From the sequence record MH752840.1: 64,000 nucleotides of DNA, one strand, 5' to 3'. The DNA is from Escherichia phage vB_EcoM-Pr121LW. The translations under genes and the position numbers were made by a program. The number at the start of each line of letters is the position of its first letter. Positions within the stretch are counted from its first letter, which is position 1. Shown piece after piece: positions 1 to 10,223 of the stretch. Under the pieces are notes generated by a model. The model ran no database searches, was not told where the DNA came from, and worked only from the letters and a program-made list of their open reading frames with translations.

Positions 1-87
1 TCAGAGATATTTATAAAATTAAGCAAAAAGTCGATGCTATGCAAAAAGGTGATAATATAGTTATCAACTTCTTTGAGGATTTCTAAG
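1..87 (+). CDS. 3' end of upstream tail gene (5'-truncated by window edge)
   Basis: Frame 3 open from window start to TAA 85-87, directly followed by ATG 88 of next gene; no homology assessed. Confidence 0.3.
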
Positions 88-639
88 ATGATTAGAGCGC
101 CATTAGATAATTTATTTCTTGAGAAGCTGGAGCTTGATGGTGTTGAGATCTTAATTGCTGCAAAGCTAGAGCTACCGACAGGGACTGTCAGGGTGTGCTC
201 AGGCACTGGTGTTGTAGTAATTGAGGGTCAACATTTTATAGGGATAGGTGGATCAGCAACATTAACTGCTGTGTCTGAGAAAGATGCCACCAACTTCGGA
301 TCTGTGGTAGCAACATTGAACGGGTTTGATCCTAAGTATGTTGGTGATCTACTGAAGACGGAGTATTCTGGTTGTCGTGCCACGTTGTACATTACCGCTA
401 TGGAGAATGGTCTGCCTGTTACAACTAATGGTTTGTTTGACGGCCTTATAACAGATATGGCTATTCAGACAGGTGAGAACAGTGCTTTGTCCATATCCAT
501 CTCTTCCATCTTCAACAGTTGGTTAAGAGGTTTTCCTTATCGGTACACGGAGGAAAGCCACAGCTCAAGAAACGATAATGACAGATTTTTTAAATATGTG
601 GATCAGGTGGCGAGCCGCCCGATCATTTGGGAGGTTTAA
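88..639 (+). CDS. minor tail protein (tail-tip module, gpL-like position)
   Basis: ORF track 73..639 (TTG); ATG 88 preferred, GAGGA SD 8 nt upstream; two genes upstream of J-like gene. Confidence 0.5.
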   Translation: MIRAPLDNLFLEKLELDGVEILIAAKLELPTGTVRVCSGTGVVVIEGQHFIGIGGSATLTAVSEKDATNFGSVVATLNGFDPKYVGDLLKTEYSGCRATLYITAMENGLPVTTNGLFDGLITDMAIQTGENSALSISISSIFNSWLRGFPYRYTEESHSSRNDNDRFFKYVDQVASRPIIWEV

Positions 640-1064
640 TGAGCACACATCCTCGTTTAGTAGATTGGCAAGAAAGATTGTGGAAAGTGTTTGACGAAGA
701 GGCCACCATACCTTTTGAATGGGGATTCCACGATTGTTGCACCTTTGCAGCCAAGTGTGTTGATGCCCAGTACGGAACAGATTTTCTTTCTAACTTCGAA
801 GGAACGTATAAAACAGAGTTGGAAAGCAAAAGATGGTGCATGCTCCGTTTCAAAACCACACACCTGCCTACTATTTTTGATCTCTTTATGACTCGGCTGG
901 ATACTCATAAACAGGTTCAGCGTGGAGATATTGTCATTTTCGAAGGTCTGAACGGGCTCACCGCTGGTGTGTTCTGGAACAACCAGATTTGGGCGAAAGG
1001 TGATAAAGGGGTCTTTATGTTCGACATGAAAGATTCTATCGTTGTTGATGTCTGGAGGTATTAA
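639..1064 (+). CDS. tail-tip associated protein with HDCC cysteine motif (candidate phage NlpC/P60-like peptidase family)
   Basis: ORF track 627..1064; ATG 639 overlaps upstream stop (TAATG) and its stop overlaps J start; motif GFHDCCTFAAKC. Confidence 0.45.
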   Translation: MSTHPRLVDWQERLWKVFDEEATIPFEWGFHDCCTFAAKCVDAQYGTDFLSNFEGTYKTELESKRWCMLRFKTTHLPTIFDLFMTRLDTHKQVQRGDIVIFEGLNGLTAGVFWNNQIWAKGDKGVFMFDMKDSIVVDVWRY

Positions 1065-4000
1065 TGCCAATTGCAATGATTGATAACATCGTTGCTTCTG
1101 CAAGATCTTCAAGTTATGACTGGAACGCATCCAAGGCAGCTCTGGCTGACAGCCTGAACACTGTTACCACCAGAACTCTGGATAAGATTTTTGAGGGCAA
1201 CAAATCTTACAGAAGTCAGCAAGATAGACAAAAGCTTCTCAGATCTTCTGCTGCACCCTGCTCTGTAGTGTATGGGAAGACACGCACGTCTGGGCTGCTT
1301 GCGTTTTTGGAGCAGGACAGAGACAGAACCCTCCATTGTGCCATTGTTCTTGCTAATCATCCTCTGGAAGGTATAGAAGACATACTCATCGACGGTAATC
1401 CTATTTCCTCGTATGGAGATCTGGTATCGTGGGAGCTACATAACGACAGAAAAACATCTGATCCTTTCATGGGTACACACTGCCCATCGTGGTCACCAGA
1501 TATGATAGGCAGAGGTATCAGTTGGCTGCGTGCCAGCTTCAAGTTTGACCCCAGTAAGTTTCCTTTTGGGTTGCCAAACGTTACACTGGTCAAGGTTGGT
1601 AAAAAATGCTATGACCCCCGCATCAGTAAAGAGGTGTATACCAATAACGCGGCCTTGGTGATCCTGGACTATTTAAGAACGTACCTTAAATGTCCTGACG
1701 AAACCATCAACTGGGAGTCCTTTAGGGAGGCTGCCAATATATGCGACGAGGCGGTAAAAAACGCTGACGGAACCAGTGAGCGACGTTACACCATTAACGG
1801 TGAGTTTGACATGGATGAGGCCCCAGCAAGTATTATGGCAGAAATGCTGAAAGCTTGCGGTGCAGACCTTAGTTATGTTGCTGGTAAGTATGGTTTGCTG
1901 GTTGGTGCATACTATGGCCCAGCAACAATGACACTGAGTGAGGATTGTGTCTGTGGTGAGGTCAAGATCTATCCGGAAGCCTCCTTTGACAAGAGATCCA
2001 ACACAATAACTGGCAGATTCACTAGTCCGACCAAAGGGTATTCTGAAACAGATTTTCCATCAGTGTTTGTCCCAGAGTGGATAGAGAAGGATGGAGAAAG
2101 AAAGATAATTGATATAGACTATCGCTTTGTTACCAGTCCTTATCAAGCTCAGCGTGTTTCTGCAATCTTCTTAAGACGTGCTAGAGCTGGCAGGATTATT
2201 GAAGTCACCTGCAATATGCGAGGTTTTAAATTTAAACCTGGCCGTTACGTTACAATGGACCTTCCAAGTATTGGTATAGTAGGCCAAGAAATGAGGGTTC
2301 TTGAATGGGAGTTCACCAAAAAGGGCGGTGTCAAGGTAAAACTTCGTCAAGATGCTAAAGAGTGGAATGATGCCACAGGGCAACTTCCGGATTCTGGTGA
2401 TGTAGATATTCCGATATCTCCATCTGGTGTAGCTCAACCGCAAAACTTCAGATATTCCGTTCTCCAAGCCGGGGAAGTAACTCACGGTGTTTTGGCTTGG
2501 GACAACGTTGGAACTTACGCTCAAAATATTGTGCAGGTAAGAAAGAACGGAGAGATTGTTTGGACAGCACAGACAGTTGAGCAGTTTGTCCGAGTAGAAG
2601 GCTTGACCAAAGGATCATACACAGCAACCGTGGTTGCAACATCTTATAAAGGTGGTGTATCTCCAGAAGCGTACTGCGAGTTCAACATTCAGGCACCTGA
2701 AGCTCCTGTTTCTGTGGAGGTTAAGCAGGGATACTTTGCTATTACCCTGATCCCGCACAGCAGAGACTTGGCTAGTGTAAGCACCCAGTACGACTTTTGG
2801 ACATCTGGGATGACAAGATTGCCAGATACCAGTGATGTAACAGTTACTTCAAAAGCCACTCGTATGGGTGTTGGTTCAACTTGGACATCTGAAGGTCTGC
2901 AGAACGATAAGATTTATTACTGGTATATCAGGACAACAAATGCTTTTGGTTCATCTGCTTTTGTGGAGTGTGCAGCCCACTGTTACACATCCATAGAAGA
3001 TCTTATGCCACAGATTGATGCTGAGTTCAAAAAGACAGAGACTTATAAAGAGCTTACCGCCAATCTTGATAATGCAGTCAAGGAAATGGATAAAAATGTT
3101 GGTGCAGTCAATGACCGTGTTACTAGCATTTTTGAAGAGCTTGGGGATACAATAGAGGGTGTTGTCAGAGAGACGACAGAAAAATTTACAGGGGTTAATG
3201 GAGAAATTTCTGCCCTTAACAGTAAGCTGGTAGCAGCTCAGCAATCCTTTGACGATAAACTTGCAGCAGAGTCTGGTAGGCTTGGGTCACTAATCGAGAC
3301 AACAAATAGATCAACCGTTGATCTTGTTAATCGTAAAACTCAAGCATTGAGTGAGCAAATAACTGCAACTCAAGGTGCTCTGCGGGAAGAGTTGAAGAAC
3401 ACTGAGAGCAAACTTAACTCCTCTATTCAAGAAACCAACAAGGCAACAACCGATCTGCTAAATAAGACAACGGAAGCTATTAAGCAGGATCTGGTGGCAG
3501 CTACAGGGAAGATCACCAAGCTGGAAGATGATGTGCAGAAAGAGGTTGCCAATCTGCAAGCATCTATTCAAGAAACTAATAGTACAACAGTTGATCTTGT
3601 TAATAATACAGCCACAGCGATCCGTCAAGAACTTACCTCTGCAAAACAAGAAATTGTTGACGAAATGGGTAATATTGATGAGCTCAGGGCTACAGTATCT
3701 AATACCTCTAAAGCTGTAACAACACTTGAGGGTAAAATAGATGCTCAGTGGGGAGCTAAGATTCAGGTTGACAGCCATGGTAATAAATATGTGGCAGGTA
3801 TCCAGCTGGGCATGGAGGGGTCTGGAGGACAAGTTCAATCATACTTCATGGTTAGTGCAAACAACTTTGCGGTATACAACCCCGGAAATGGAACAGCAAC
3901 CCTTGCTTTCGCAATCAAGAACAACCAAGCGTTCTTGAAAGACGCTTTTATAGAGAATGGCACGATCTCCTCTGCCAAGATCGCACAAGAAATTTCGTCA

Positions 4001-4483
4001 AACAACTACGATGGCAACGGGTACCATAAATACGGTTGGTATATTAACAAGAACGGGCATGCCCAATTTATGGATGTGTGGGTGAAAGGCAACATCAACG
4101 CCAGTTCTGGTAACTTCACAGGGGCAGTTAATGCCACCAGTGGTACCTTCCGTGGAGATGTTTATGCCAATAATGGTAGCTTTAGAGGCACCATAGATGC
4201 AACCGGAGGTACATTCCGTGGTCGTGTAGAAGCTTCTGTTATCCGTGCTAACCAGTTCGAAGGTGCAATTGTTGCACACAGGACTTACGGAGATTGTGCT
4301 CCAGTGCATAACTCCCAGCAGAGGGTTTGCCGTTGGAGGTGGAGATACGTAGATAACGTTTCAGGTCAAGGTAAGAACGTAACATTCTTCTTTAAACTGA
4401 ACGGTACTCGTGCCAACTCCCAACTAAATGCGTGGATAGCTGGTCATCAACTCCTTGCTGGCAAGAAGTACGGGAACGGATAA
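1064..4483 (+). CDS. tip attachment / host specificity protein, lambda J-like central tail fibre; 3' end frameshifted by tandem duplication
   Basis: 1139 aa; FN3-like region and segment AKIQVDSHGNKYVAGIQLGMEG...FMVSANNFAVYNP recalled as resembling lambda gpJ; central coiled-coil; G-rich beta-repeat C-terminus. Confidence 0.85.
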   Translation: MPIAMIDNIVASARSSSYDWNASKAALADSLNTVTTRTLDKIFEGNKSYRSQQDRQKLLRSSAAPCSVVYGKTRTSGLLAFLEQDRDRTLHCAIVLANHPLEGIEDILIDGNPISSYGDLVSWELHNDRKTSDPFMGTHCPSWSPDMIGRGISWLRASFKFDPSKFPFGLPNVTLVKVGKKCYDPRISKEVYTNNAALVILDYLRTYLKCPDETINWESFREAANICDEAVKNADGTSERRYTINGEFDMDEAPASIMAEMLKACGADLSYVAGKYGLLVGAYYGPATMTLSEDCVCGEVKIYPEASFDKRSNTITGRFTSPTKGYSETDFPSVFVPEWIEKDGERKIIDIDYRFVTSPYQAQRVSAIFLRRARAGRIIEVTCNMRGFKFKPGRYVTMDLPSIGIVGQEMRVLEWEFTKKGGVKVKLRQDAKEWNDATGQLPDSGDVDIPISPSGVAQPQNFRYSVLQAGEVTHGVLAWDNVGTYAQNIVQVRKNGEIVWTAQTVEQFVRVEGLTKGSYTATVVATSYKGGVSPEAYCEFNIQAPEAPVSVEVKQGYFAITLIPHSRDLASVSTQYDFWTSGMTRLPDTSDVTVTSKATRMGVGSTWTSEGLQNDKIYYWYIRTTNAFGSSAFVECAAHCYTSIEDLMPQIDAEFKKTETYKELTANLDNAVKEMDKNVGAVNDRVTSIFEELGDTIEGVVRETTEKFTGVNGEISALNSKLVAAQQSFDDKLAAESGRLGSLIETTNRSTVDLVNRKTQALSEQITATQGALREELKNTESKLNSSIQETNKATTDLLNKTTEAIKQDLVAATGKITKLEDDVQKEVANLQASIQETNSTTVDLVNNTATAIRQELTSAKQEIVDEMGNIDELRATVSNTSKAVTTLEGKIDAQWGAKIQVDSHGNKYVAGIQLGMEGSGGQVQSYFMVSANNFAVYNPGNGTATLAFAIKNNQAFLKDAFIENGTISSAKIAQEISSNNYDGNGYHKYGWYINKNGHAQFMDVWVKGNINASSGNFTGAVNATSGTFRGDVYANNGSFRGTIDATGGTFRGRVEASVIRANQFEGAIVAHRTYGDCAPVHNSQQRVCRWRWRYVDNVSGQGKNVTFFFKLNGTRANSQLNAWIAGHQLLAGKKYGNG

Positions 4484-4605
4484 CGTTTCAGGTCAAGGTA
4501 AGAACGTAACATTCTTCTTTAAACTGAACGGTACTCGTGCCAACTCCCAACTAAATGCGTGGATAGCTGGTCATCAACTCCTTGCTGGCAAGAAGTACGG
4601 GAACG
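4352..4605 (+). repeat. perfect tandem direct repeat, 2 x 127 bp (4352-4478 and 4479-4605)
   Basis: Both copies identical base for base on manual comparison; junction creates TAA 4481-4483 in J frame. Confidence 0.95.
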
Positions 4606-4790
4606 CCAACGATGGCATGTGTGCAATTGGGATAACAGGTCTAGGTGAACAAACTATAGACATTATTATTGAAATCTACACCCCGTGGTCAACGTCAAAC
4701 GTGACAGGTGTCACAATCTCCTGTCCCACTGTGATCGTTAGTCGTTCTAACTCAAGCTTCCAGGGACCTTGGAACGAGTCTCACGACTAA
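4479..4790 (+). other. displaced out-of-frame C-terminal coding segment of J-like gene
   Basis: ORF track 4455..4790 re-reads repeat copy 2 in the frame J uses in copy 1, then continues 61 codons (ANDGMCAIGITG...NESHD) to TAA 4788-4790. Confidence 0.6.
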
Positions 4791-4797
4791 CCTTTAA

Positions 4798-4826
4798 AGC
4801 CCCGCTTCGGCGGGGTTTATTTTTAT
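4798..4826 (+). terminator. rho-independent terminator, CCCCGC-UUCG-GCGGGG hairpin plus T-run
   Basis: 6-bp GC stem with UUCG tetraloop (4800-4815) followed by TTTATTTTTAT. Confidence 0.7.
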
Positions 4827-4833
4827 GCTCAGA

Positions 4834-4862
4834 TTGACTATTGTTACAAAATTTGGTAAAAT
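4834..4862 (+). promoter_or_regulatory. sigma70-like promoter TTGACT-17-TAAAAT
   Basis: -35 at 4834-4839, -10 at 4857-4862; 33 nt upstream of GTG 4896 with GGAGGA SD. Confidence 0.5.
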
Positions 4863-4895
4863 ACCTTGTAGAGATTTTCATACCGGAGGAGTGAC

Positions 4896-6386
4896 GTGGC
4901 TAAGTATGGATTGACAGAGGCTGGTTTCGTTATACCAACCCTAAATGACCTAATCGTTGAAACTAAGCAAAGCCTGATCCGTGCTTTTGGCGAAAACTTC
5001 AACGTACAGAGTAACTCCGTTGCAGATAAGCTGACCACTATCTTCAACGAGCGAGAGTATCAACTTATTCTTATGGCAGCATCTGTATACGCATCACAGA
5101 CGCTGTATGGGGCAGAAGGTATTTACCTAGACGAACTTCTTGGAAGACGGGGTATTTACCGAAGAGGCCGTTCTAAATCATCAGGTACCTGCCAGTTGAC
5201 GATCAACACAACTGTTCCGTACAATATGATTTACGATTCCAAAACTTATACGTTGGATAGTGGCAACTTTGTTCTTAGCAATGATGTGCAAGTAGCAGGG
5301 AATCTTATTGCTCACAGAATAAATGCTCCAGACCTAAGGATTGGTAAATACAACTTTCAAATTACCAACCAGACAGATGGAAGTATCAAAACAAAAAGTC
5401 TGGTTTTAACAGATAAGGCTCTGGACTCTTCTGATCTGCCAAGCTTTTACGGAGAGATTAAGCAATTCATTGTCGATAATACAACTCTGTTGAACGACGA
5501 TTTGATTCAGATCGATATGTTGACAGGAACGTTGTGGATAGGGTACAATTCGAATCTTGACCAAGTTGGACTTAATAGTAGGGTAGATTTCAGAGTATCC
5601 CCGATTGTAGGGGAAAGAACTATCACCCTAGATGTTATCGCTAACGAGGCTGGTGAGCTGTCAAGAGAGGCAGAAACCGTGACAACAATGTCACCTACTC
5701 CCAGTGGATTTATCAAGCTTACCAACCGAGAAAGATTCAATGAGGGAAGGGATGTTGAGAAAGACTCAGAGTACCGCTTAAGAGCTTCCAGCACAAAACA
5801 GTTAACATCTAAGGCTACCCGTCCTGCAATCCTTAGCGCTGTAAGCGAGGTGAAAGGTGTTGAGAAAGTGAGAGTGTTCTCTAACAATACCGATAAAACT
5901 GATGCTAAAGGTATACCTCCTTACAAGTTCCAAGTGGTTGTGTTTGGTGGTGCAACAGAGGACATTTGCCAAGCACTTTACCAAACTATAGCCTGTACGA
6001 ACAGGACTTATGGTAATATTTTCTACGATGTAACTACATCTGACGGTCAAACTGAAAGAATTTATTATTCCAAGGCAAATACCTACCGCCTGGATGTAAG
6101 AATTACCTACTCCGGTGCTGCGCTTTCCACAACCGAAAAAGATGCCATTGTAGAGGCTCTTTTGCAGGTTGTTAACGGACTGGATGTTGCAGATACGTTG
6201 TACAATATCCAATTGGTCGGTGCTGCATCTGCTGCTGTGTCGATAGGTAGATTTAATAGACTGGTAATTCAAGTTAAACCTGTGGGTGCTTCTGATGAAG
6301 CTTACACTGCAAACGATATTGTTGCAAACATGACCGAGGTGTTTGACCTCGATGAAAGTAATATAACTTTCCAACAAACTATTTAG
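4896..6386 (+). CDS. tail/baseplate structural protein (baseplate J-like candidate)
   Basis: 496 aa, GTG start with GGAGGA SD; position after J; N-terminal pattern loosely like baseplate J family. Confidence 0.5.
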   Translation: MAKYGLTEAGFVIPTLNDLIVETKQSLIRAFGENFNVQSNSVADKLTTIFNEREYQLILMAASVYASQTLYGAEGIYLDELLGRRGIYRRGRSKSSGTCQLTINTTVPYNMIYDSKTYTLDSGNFVLSNDVQVAGNLIAHRINAPDLRIGKYNFQITNQTDGSIKTKSLVLTDKALDSSDLPSFYGEIKQFIVDNTTLLNDDLIQIDMLTGTLWIGYNSNLDQVGLNSRVDFRVSPIVGERTITLDVIANEAGELSREAETVTTMSPTPSGFIKLTNRERFNEGRDVEKDSEYRLRASSTKQLTSKATRPAILSAVSEVKGVEKVRVFSNNTDKTDAKGIPPYKFQVVVFGGATEDICQALYQTIACTNRTYGNIFYDVTTSDGQTERIYYSKANTYRLDVRITYSGAALSTTEKDAIVEALLQVVNGLDVADTLYNIQLVGAASAAVSIGRFNRLVIQVKPVGASDEAYTANDIVANMTEVFDLDESNITFQQTI

Positions 6387-6397
6387 GGCGGTGAGAT

Positions 6398-7084
6398 ATG
6401 GCAGAGATTAAGTCGGATGTTAACCACATCCACACTCTGCCAGATTTTGTTCAGGGGGGTCTTGACTACCTGCCTGGAGATTTTCTGGCTGAGAAGGTTA
6501 ATTTAGTCACATTCTTAACCGTGTACCTTAAAAGGTTGGAGGATGTTGATAAGATGCTGGTAGGTTTGGCTGAAGGAAGATTGCTTAACAATGCCAGCGG
6601 AAGATACCTTGACGAAGTTGGTAATCAACTCGGTATTCTTAGGAATGGACTTTCAGATGCTGATTTTCGTGCCACACTAATTATTCAGCAGGCCGCAGCA
6701 TCAAGGGGCGGGACTCGCGAAGATGTCATCTCCACCTTGCGACAATTGTTCGGAAGAGACAATTTCGATACGTGGAAAGGAGACAACTTCAGGTTTGACA
6801 TAAATATTAGAAAAACTTGCTTTGACATATTGCAGTCTATTGATCAGATCTTAGACATGCTACCACTGCCTTGTCATTTGCGTCTTACAGAATCGCAAGG
6901 GCAAGCTTTTGGTTTTGAAGGTGACTCTACAGCTCTTGGCTTCGGATCAGTGTGGGAAGAAAACCAATTCGGAGTTGGTGGGCTGGCTACTTTGCTGTAT
7001 GTTCCTGACGTAAGACCTGATTGGGACACCACAACCATTTATTGTGAAAGCATTACAGTAAACGCAACTAGACAGGAGGGTTAA
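6398..7084 (+). CDS. tail/baseplate structural protein
   Basis: 228 aa; tightly packed within tail operon; stop overlaps next start. Confidence 0.5.
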   Translation: MAEIKSDVNHIHTLPDFVQGGLDYLPGDFLAEKVNLVTFLTVYLKRLEDVDKMLVGLAEGRLLNNASGRYLDEVGNQLGILRNGLSDADFRATLIIQQAAASRGGTREDVISTLRQLFGRDNFDTWKGDNFRFDINIRKTCFDILQSIDQILDMLPLPCHLRLTESQGQAFGFEGDSTALGFGSVWEENQFGVGGLATLLYVPDVRPDWDTTTIYCESITVNATRQEG

Positions 7085-9156
7085 TGGCAACAGCTGTTTT
7101 TAAACCTTACCGTGATTACTCTACAATGGCTGCACGGTTTCATTACCGCACAGTTCAGGATACTGCCGTTCCTGGTAGGGATTATGATCATGTTGAGGGC
7201 GATATAACTATCCCAGTTGGGGCAACCAGTATTGAGATTCCAGTGGAAATTGTTGACAAATTACCCAACAGGTTACCAAGAAGCTTCTTTATGGAGTTTT
7301 CATCAAAATCTCAAGGGGTGATGATTGGAACACAAAGGGCGAAATGCACAATAGTTTCAGATGAGAATCTTGACAGGATATCTTGGGATACTGTCGAGGA
7401 GAGAATGTTTCACCCAAGATATTGGGTTACAACTACTCAGCAGACTGAAAGTACCTGTATTGTTGCAGATGACAACTGTTGTATTAACCGTTTAGTGTCA
7501 AGAACATATGGAGGTATGGCTGGGTGCATTTGGGAAACAGTTGACAAGTATGACCATTTCGGTATTGGGTTTGATGATCACTATGAGATGAGAAACACCA
7601 AGCTTTGGTTCAGAATGTCAATAACCAATGCCAGCAACTTCTCCACTCCTGAAAAGATGATTATGACTGTAGACCTTGTTGATGGTACAATCATCTATGT
7701 TCCTTTAGCTCAATATGCTGTCAGCATCTCAGAGGATAAGAATGTTGCAGAGATTCATATTGATTTCGAGGACTGCGTCGGGATGGATCAGAACAACAAC
7801 ATGATGGGTGTTGATCCTCGACAGGTGAGAAGAATTTTAATACCGCTTATGCCTAAAGACTGGGTAAGTAATAGCACAGACCCGAGAACGGAAAATGTAG
7901 AGTGTGAGTTGCGCCTAGATCTGCTTCAGCCAGACACGGGCTGGAAAATGATGCAACTTAACAATATTCAGGTTAAAGAGCACGACGTTGGGATCTGCAC
8001 CGCATATGACGATATGTGGAACGTATCTCCTTTAAGGGTGTTGAACAATATCAAGCGTCTGGGCTATACCGGAACCATAAACCATTATGTTGGTATGAGT
8101 CATTATTATGACTACACATGGTCAGGAACCCAATGGTCTATAAACAGAACAGGGGCGCTAAACGCTGCAGCTTATAAATGGCATGATGATTTTATGTACA
8201 ATGCCAAACGACATAACTTCGACGTTATGCAGTCTGTAAGTTTTGAGCTTTACAGCGATGCCTGCCCGTTGGAATGGACCCAAAGAGACTGGAATGATAA
8301 CTACGCTAAAACAGGATATACACCTTGTAGCTACCTCCTGTCTCCAACCATTGAAGAGGGTATGAATTTCCTTACTGCAGTATTTAAGAATTTTGCATCA
8401 GCCGCTATGAGAAACAACCTGCCAGTGATTATGCAGGTTGGTGAACCGTGGTGGTGGTACAATACCGATACTCGTAGACCTTGTATTTATGATTACCCTA
8501 CAAAACAGGCGTTTTATGATGAGACAGGCGAGTATGCCTTAGATATTGGGACTATTGACGATCCTAAAACTGGAGGTGTTTACGACAAGTATGTAGCATT
8601 TTGTCGTGGTAAGCTTGGCGCTCGTATTGCGGCTATTTCAAAGGCAATAAAGGCGCATGCTGCATCAGCTAAGATGACAGCTCTGCTGTTTTTCCCAACC
8701 ATTATGGAAACCGAACTTACGCAAAAGCTTAACCTTGCTGACCAATATAAAAAAGAAGCAGGTGCTCTTGATTTCTTCTGCACTGAGTGCTACGATTGGG
8801 TGATGCAGGGAGGTATTGAAAAGGCAAAAGAGTCTGTAAACATACCTATCGTTAAGTTAGGTTGGCAACCGTCTGAAATACAATACCTTGCAGGGTTCGT
8901 TCCTAGTAAAGAGCTTGCTCCGGTATATGGATACGACCCAACTAGGAATTACCAAGAATTTTTATGGAGATGTATTTGCGGAAACATGGCAACTATAGAG
9001 TATAGATACCCTGAGGTAAAACAGTATGTGTGGGCATACCCGCAAGTAATGTCTGACAGCATCACTGTTACCGCTAGAGATTCTACCGTGCTTCATATGG
9101 GGCAGGTTGCTCTGAAAGGGTATGTAGAAGATGTTGTCCCGCCAGACTTCTCATAA
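7084..9156 (+). CDS. tail structural protein
   Basis: 690 aa; ATG overlaps upstream stop (TAATG); tail operon context. Confidence 0.5.
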   Translation: MATAVFKPYRDYSTMAARFHYRTVQDTAVPGRDYDHVEGDITIPVGATSIEIPVEIVDKLPNRLPRSFFMEFSSKSQGVMIGTQRAKCTIVSDENLDRISWDTVEERMFHPRYWVTTTQQTESTCIVADDNCCINRLVSRTYGGMAGCIWETVDKYDHFGIGFDDHYEMRNTKLWFRMSITNASNFSTPEKMIMTVDLVDGTIIYVPLAQYAVSISEDKNVAEIHIDFEDCVGMDQNNNMMGVDPRQVRRILIPLMPKDWVSNSTDPRTENVECELRLDLLQPDTGWKMMQLNNIQVKEHDVGICTAYDDMWNVSPLRVLNNIKRLGYTGTINHYVGMSHYYDYTWSGTQWSINRTGALNAAAYKWHDDFMYNAKRHNFDVMQSVSFELYSDACPLEWTQRDWNDNYAKTGYTPCSYLLSPTIEEGMNFLTAVFKNFASAAMRNNLPVIMQVGEPWWWYNTDTRRPCIYDYPTKQAFYDETGEYALDIGTIDDPKTGGVYDKYVAFCRGKLGARIAAISKAIKAHAASAKMTALLFFPTIMETELTQKLNLADQYKKEAGALDFFCTECYDWVMQGGIEKAKESVNIPIVKLGWQPSEIQYLAGFVPSKELAPVYGYDPTRNYQEFLWRCICGNMATIEYRYPEVKQYVWAYPQVMSDSITVTARDSTVLHMGQVALKGYVEDVVPPDFS

Positions 9157-9168
9157 TCAGGAGATAAA

Positions 9169-10209
9169 ATGTCAAAACCTAGTTTTCCATTAGAGATTTG
9201 GGCAGAGGAGGATCAGGTTCTGCCTAACACCCACAGACAGAACAGGCTACGCCCGATTGATGATTTGTGGAGAAAAGGTTGGGATCTTGGTCAAAAGCCC
9301 TCATGTGAAGAACTTAACTATATTTTCAATATGCTCGGAACTTGGGCAAAATATATTGCTGACGAGCAGATCCCCGCTCAAGAAGGCCGTTATCTGGTAC
9401 GCGATAATAACTTGAGTGATCTTTTGAACATTCCTGTTGCCCGTAGAAACCTTGGGATTATTACTAAGGAAGAGGCAGACGCCAGGTATGTAAAAGTTAC
9501 AGGTGATACAATGACAGGCCCACTGGGTTTGCAACGTATCAACTTTAAAGCTGCCGAGACAGATAAGGCTTGGATAGAGACAACTATTGGCCCAGATAAG
9601 ACAACTCTCGACTTTGGGTTAAGTGATAATACCGGGTCGTTTGATGATGGTGGTACATCTACAGTAGATGCGTTTCGTTGGAGATTCCAGCCAACTCAAC
9701 CGGATATCAATCCGGAGTTCACTTTGATGTACCTTAACGCGATCACGGCTAACCGTGCGCTGTTGAAAGTGATAGGCAATGTTGAAGTTGTCGATAACAT
9801 GAGGTGCAATAACCTTACTATCAGCAATACAGCAACATTCACCAACTGTAATGTGGCTAGTCAGTTGACGGCTGGGTCAGTGTATGTTAATGGTGGTACA
9901 AGTTGTGACAGTATGGTTGTAAGAAGTCAGCACTGTGTTGTCGGTAACAGAAATGTGGTGCGCTCTGTGAATGGAGTGACGGCTAACGGTAACGGTGATG
10001 TAACAATCACTATCCCGCAGACAGGTGTGCAAGACATCAGAATCGGTGCAAGACTTGTTGACGGCGTTTCTGAATCTCCAATTCGCAACGGCTACGTTGT
10101 CACAGGCTGGCATTTCGGTGACAAAAAAGAGATGCGTGGTTCAACCTACTGGGCAGGACCTTTACAAAAACTTGTAAATGGTCAATGGATCACTGTTAAT
10201 TATGCATAG
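9169..10209 (+). CDS. tail fibre protein, paralogue A
   Basis: 346 aa; GDTMTGPL motif; N- and C-termini (…KLVNGQWITVNYA) shared with 11224..12267; followed by Tfa-like gene. Confidence 0.7.
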   Translation: MSKPSFPLEIWAEEDQVLPNTHRQNRLRPIDDLWRKGWDLGQKPSCEELNYIFNMLGTWAKYIADEQIPAQEGRYLVRDNNLSDLLNIPVARRNLGIITKEEADARYVKVTGDTMTGPLGLQRINFKAAETDKAWIETTIGPDKTTLDFGLSDNTGSFDDGGTSTVDAFRWRFQPTQPDINPEFTLMYLNAITANRALLKVIGNVEVVDNMRCNNLTISNTATFTNCNVASQLTAGSVYVNGGTSCDSMVVRSQHCVVGNRNVVRSVNGVTANGNGDVTITIPQTGVQDIRIGARLVDGVSESPIRNGYVVTGWHFGDKKEMRGSTYWAGPLQKLVNGQWITVNYA

Positions 10210-10223
10210 ATCGGAGGACTAGC

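Noticed and set aside
1109-4309. Multiple minus-strand ORFs inside the J-like gene (for example 1109..1360, 2171..2524, 3458..3838, 3998..4309)
   Set aside because: All are antisense to a long, well-supported coding region and lack SD sequences; typical shadow ORFs.
4455-4790. 111-aa ORF treated as an independent gene
   Set aside because: It is the out-of-frame continuation of the J-like gene created by the 127-bp duplication, not a separate gene; reported as a displaced coding segment instead.
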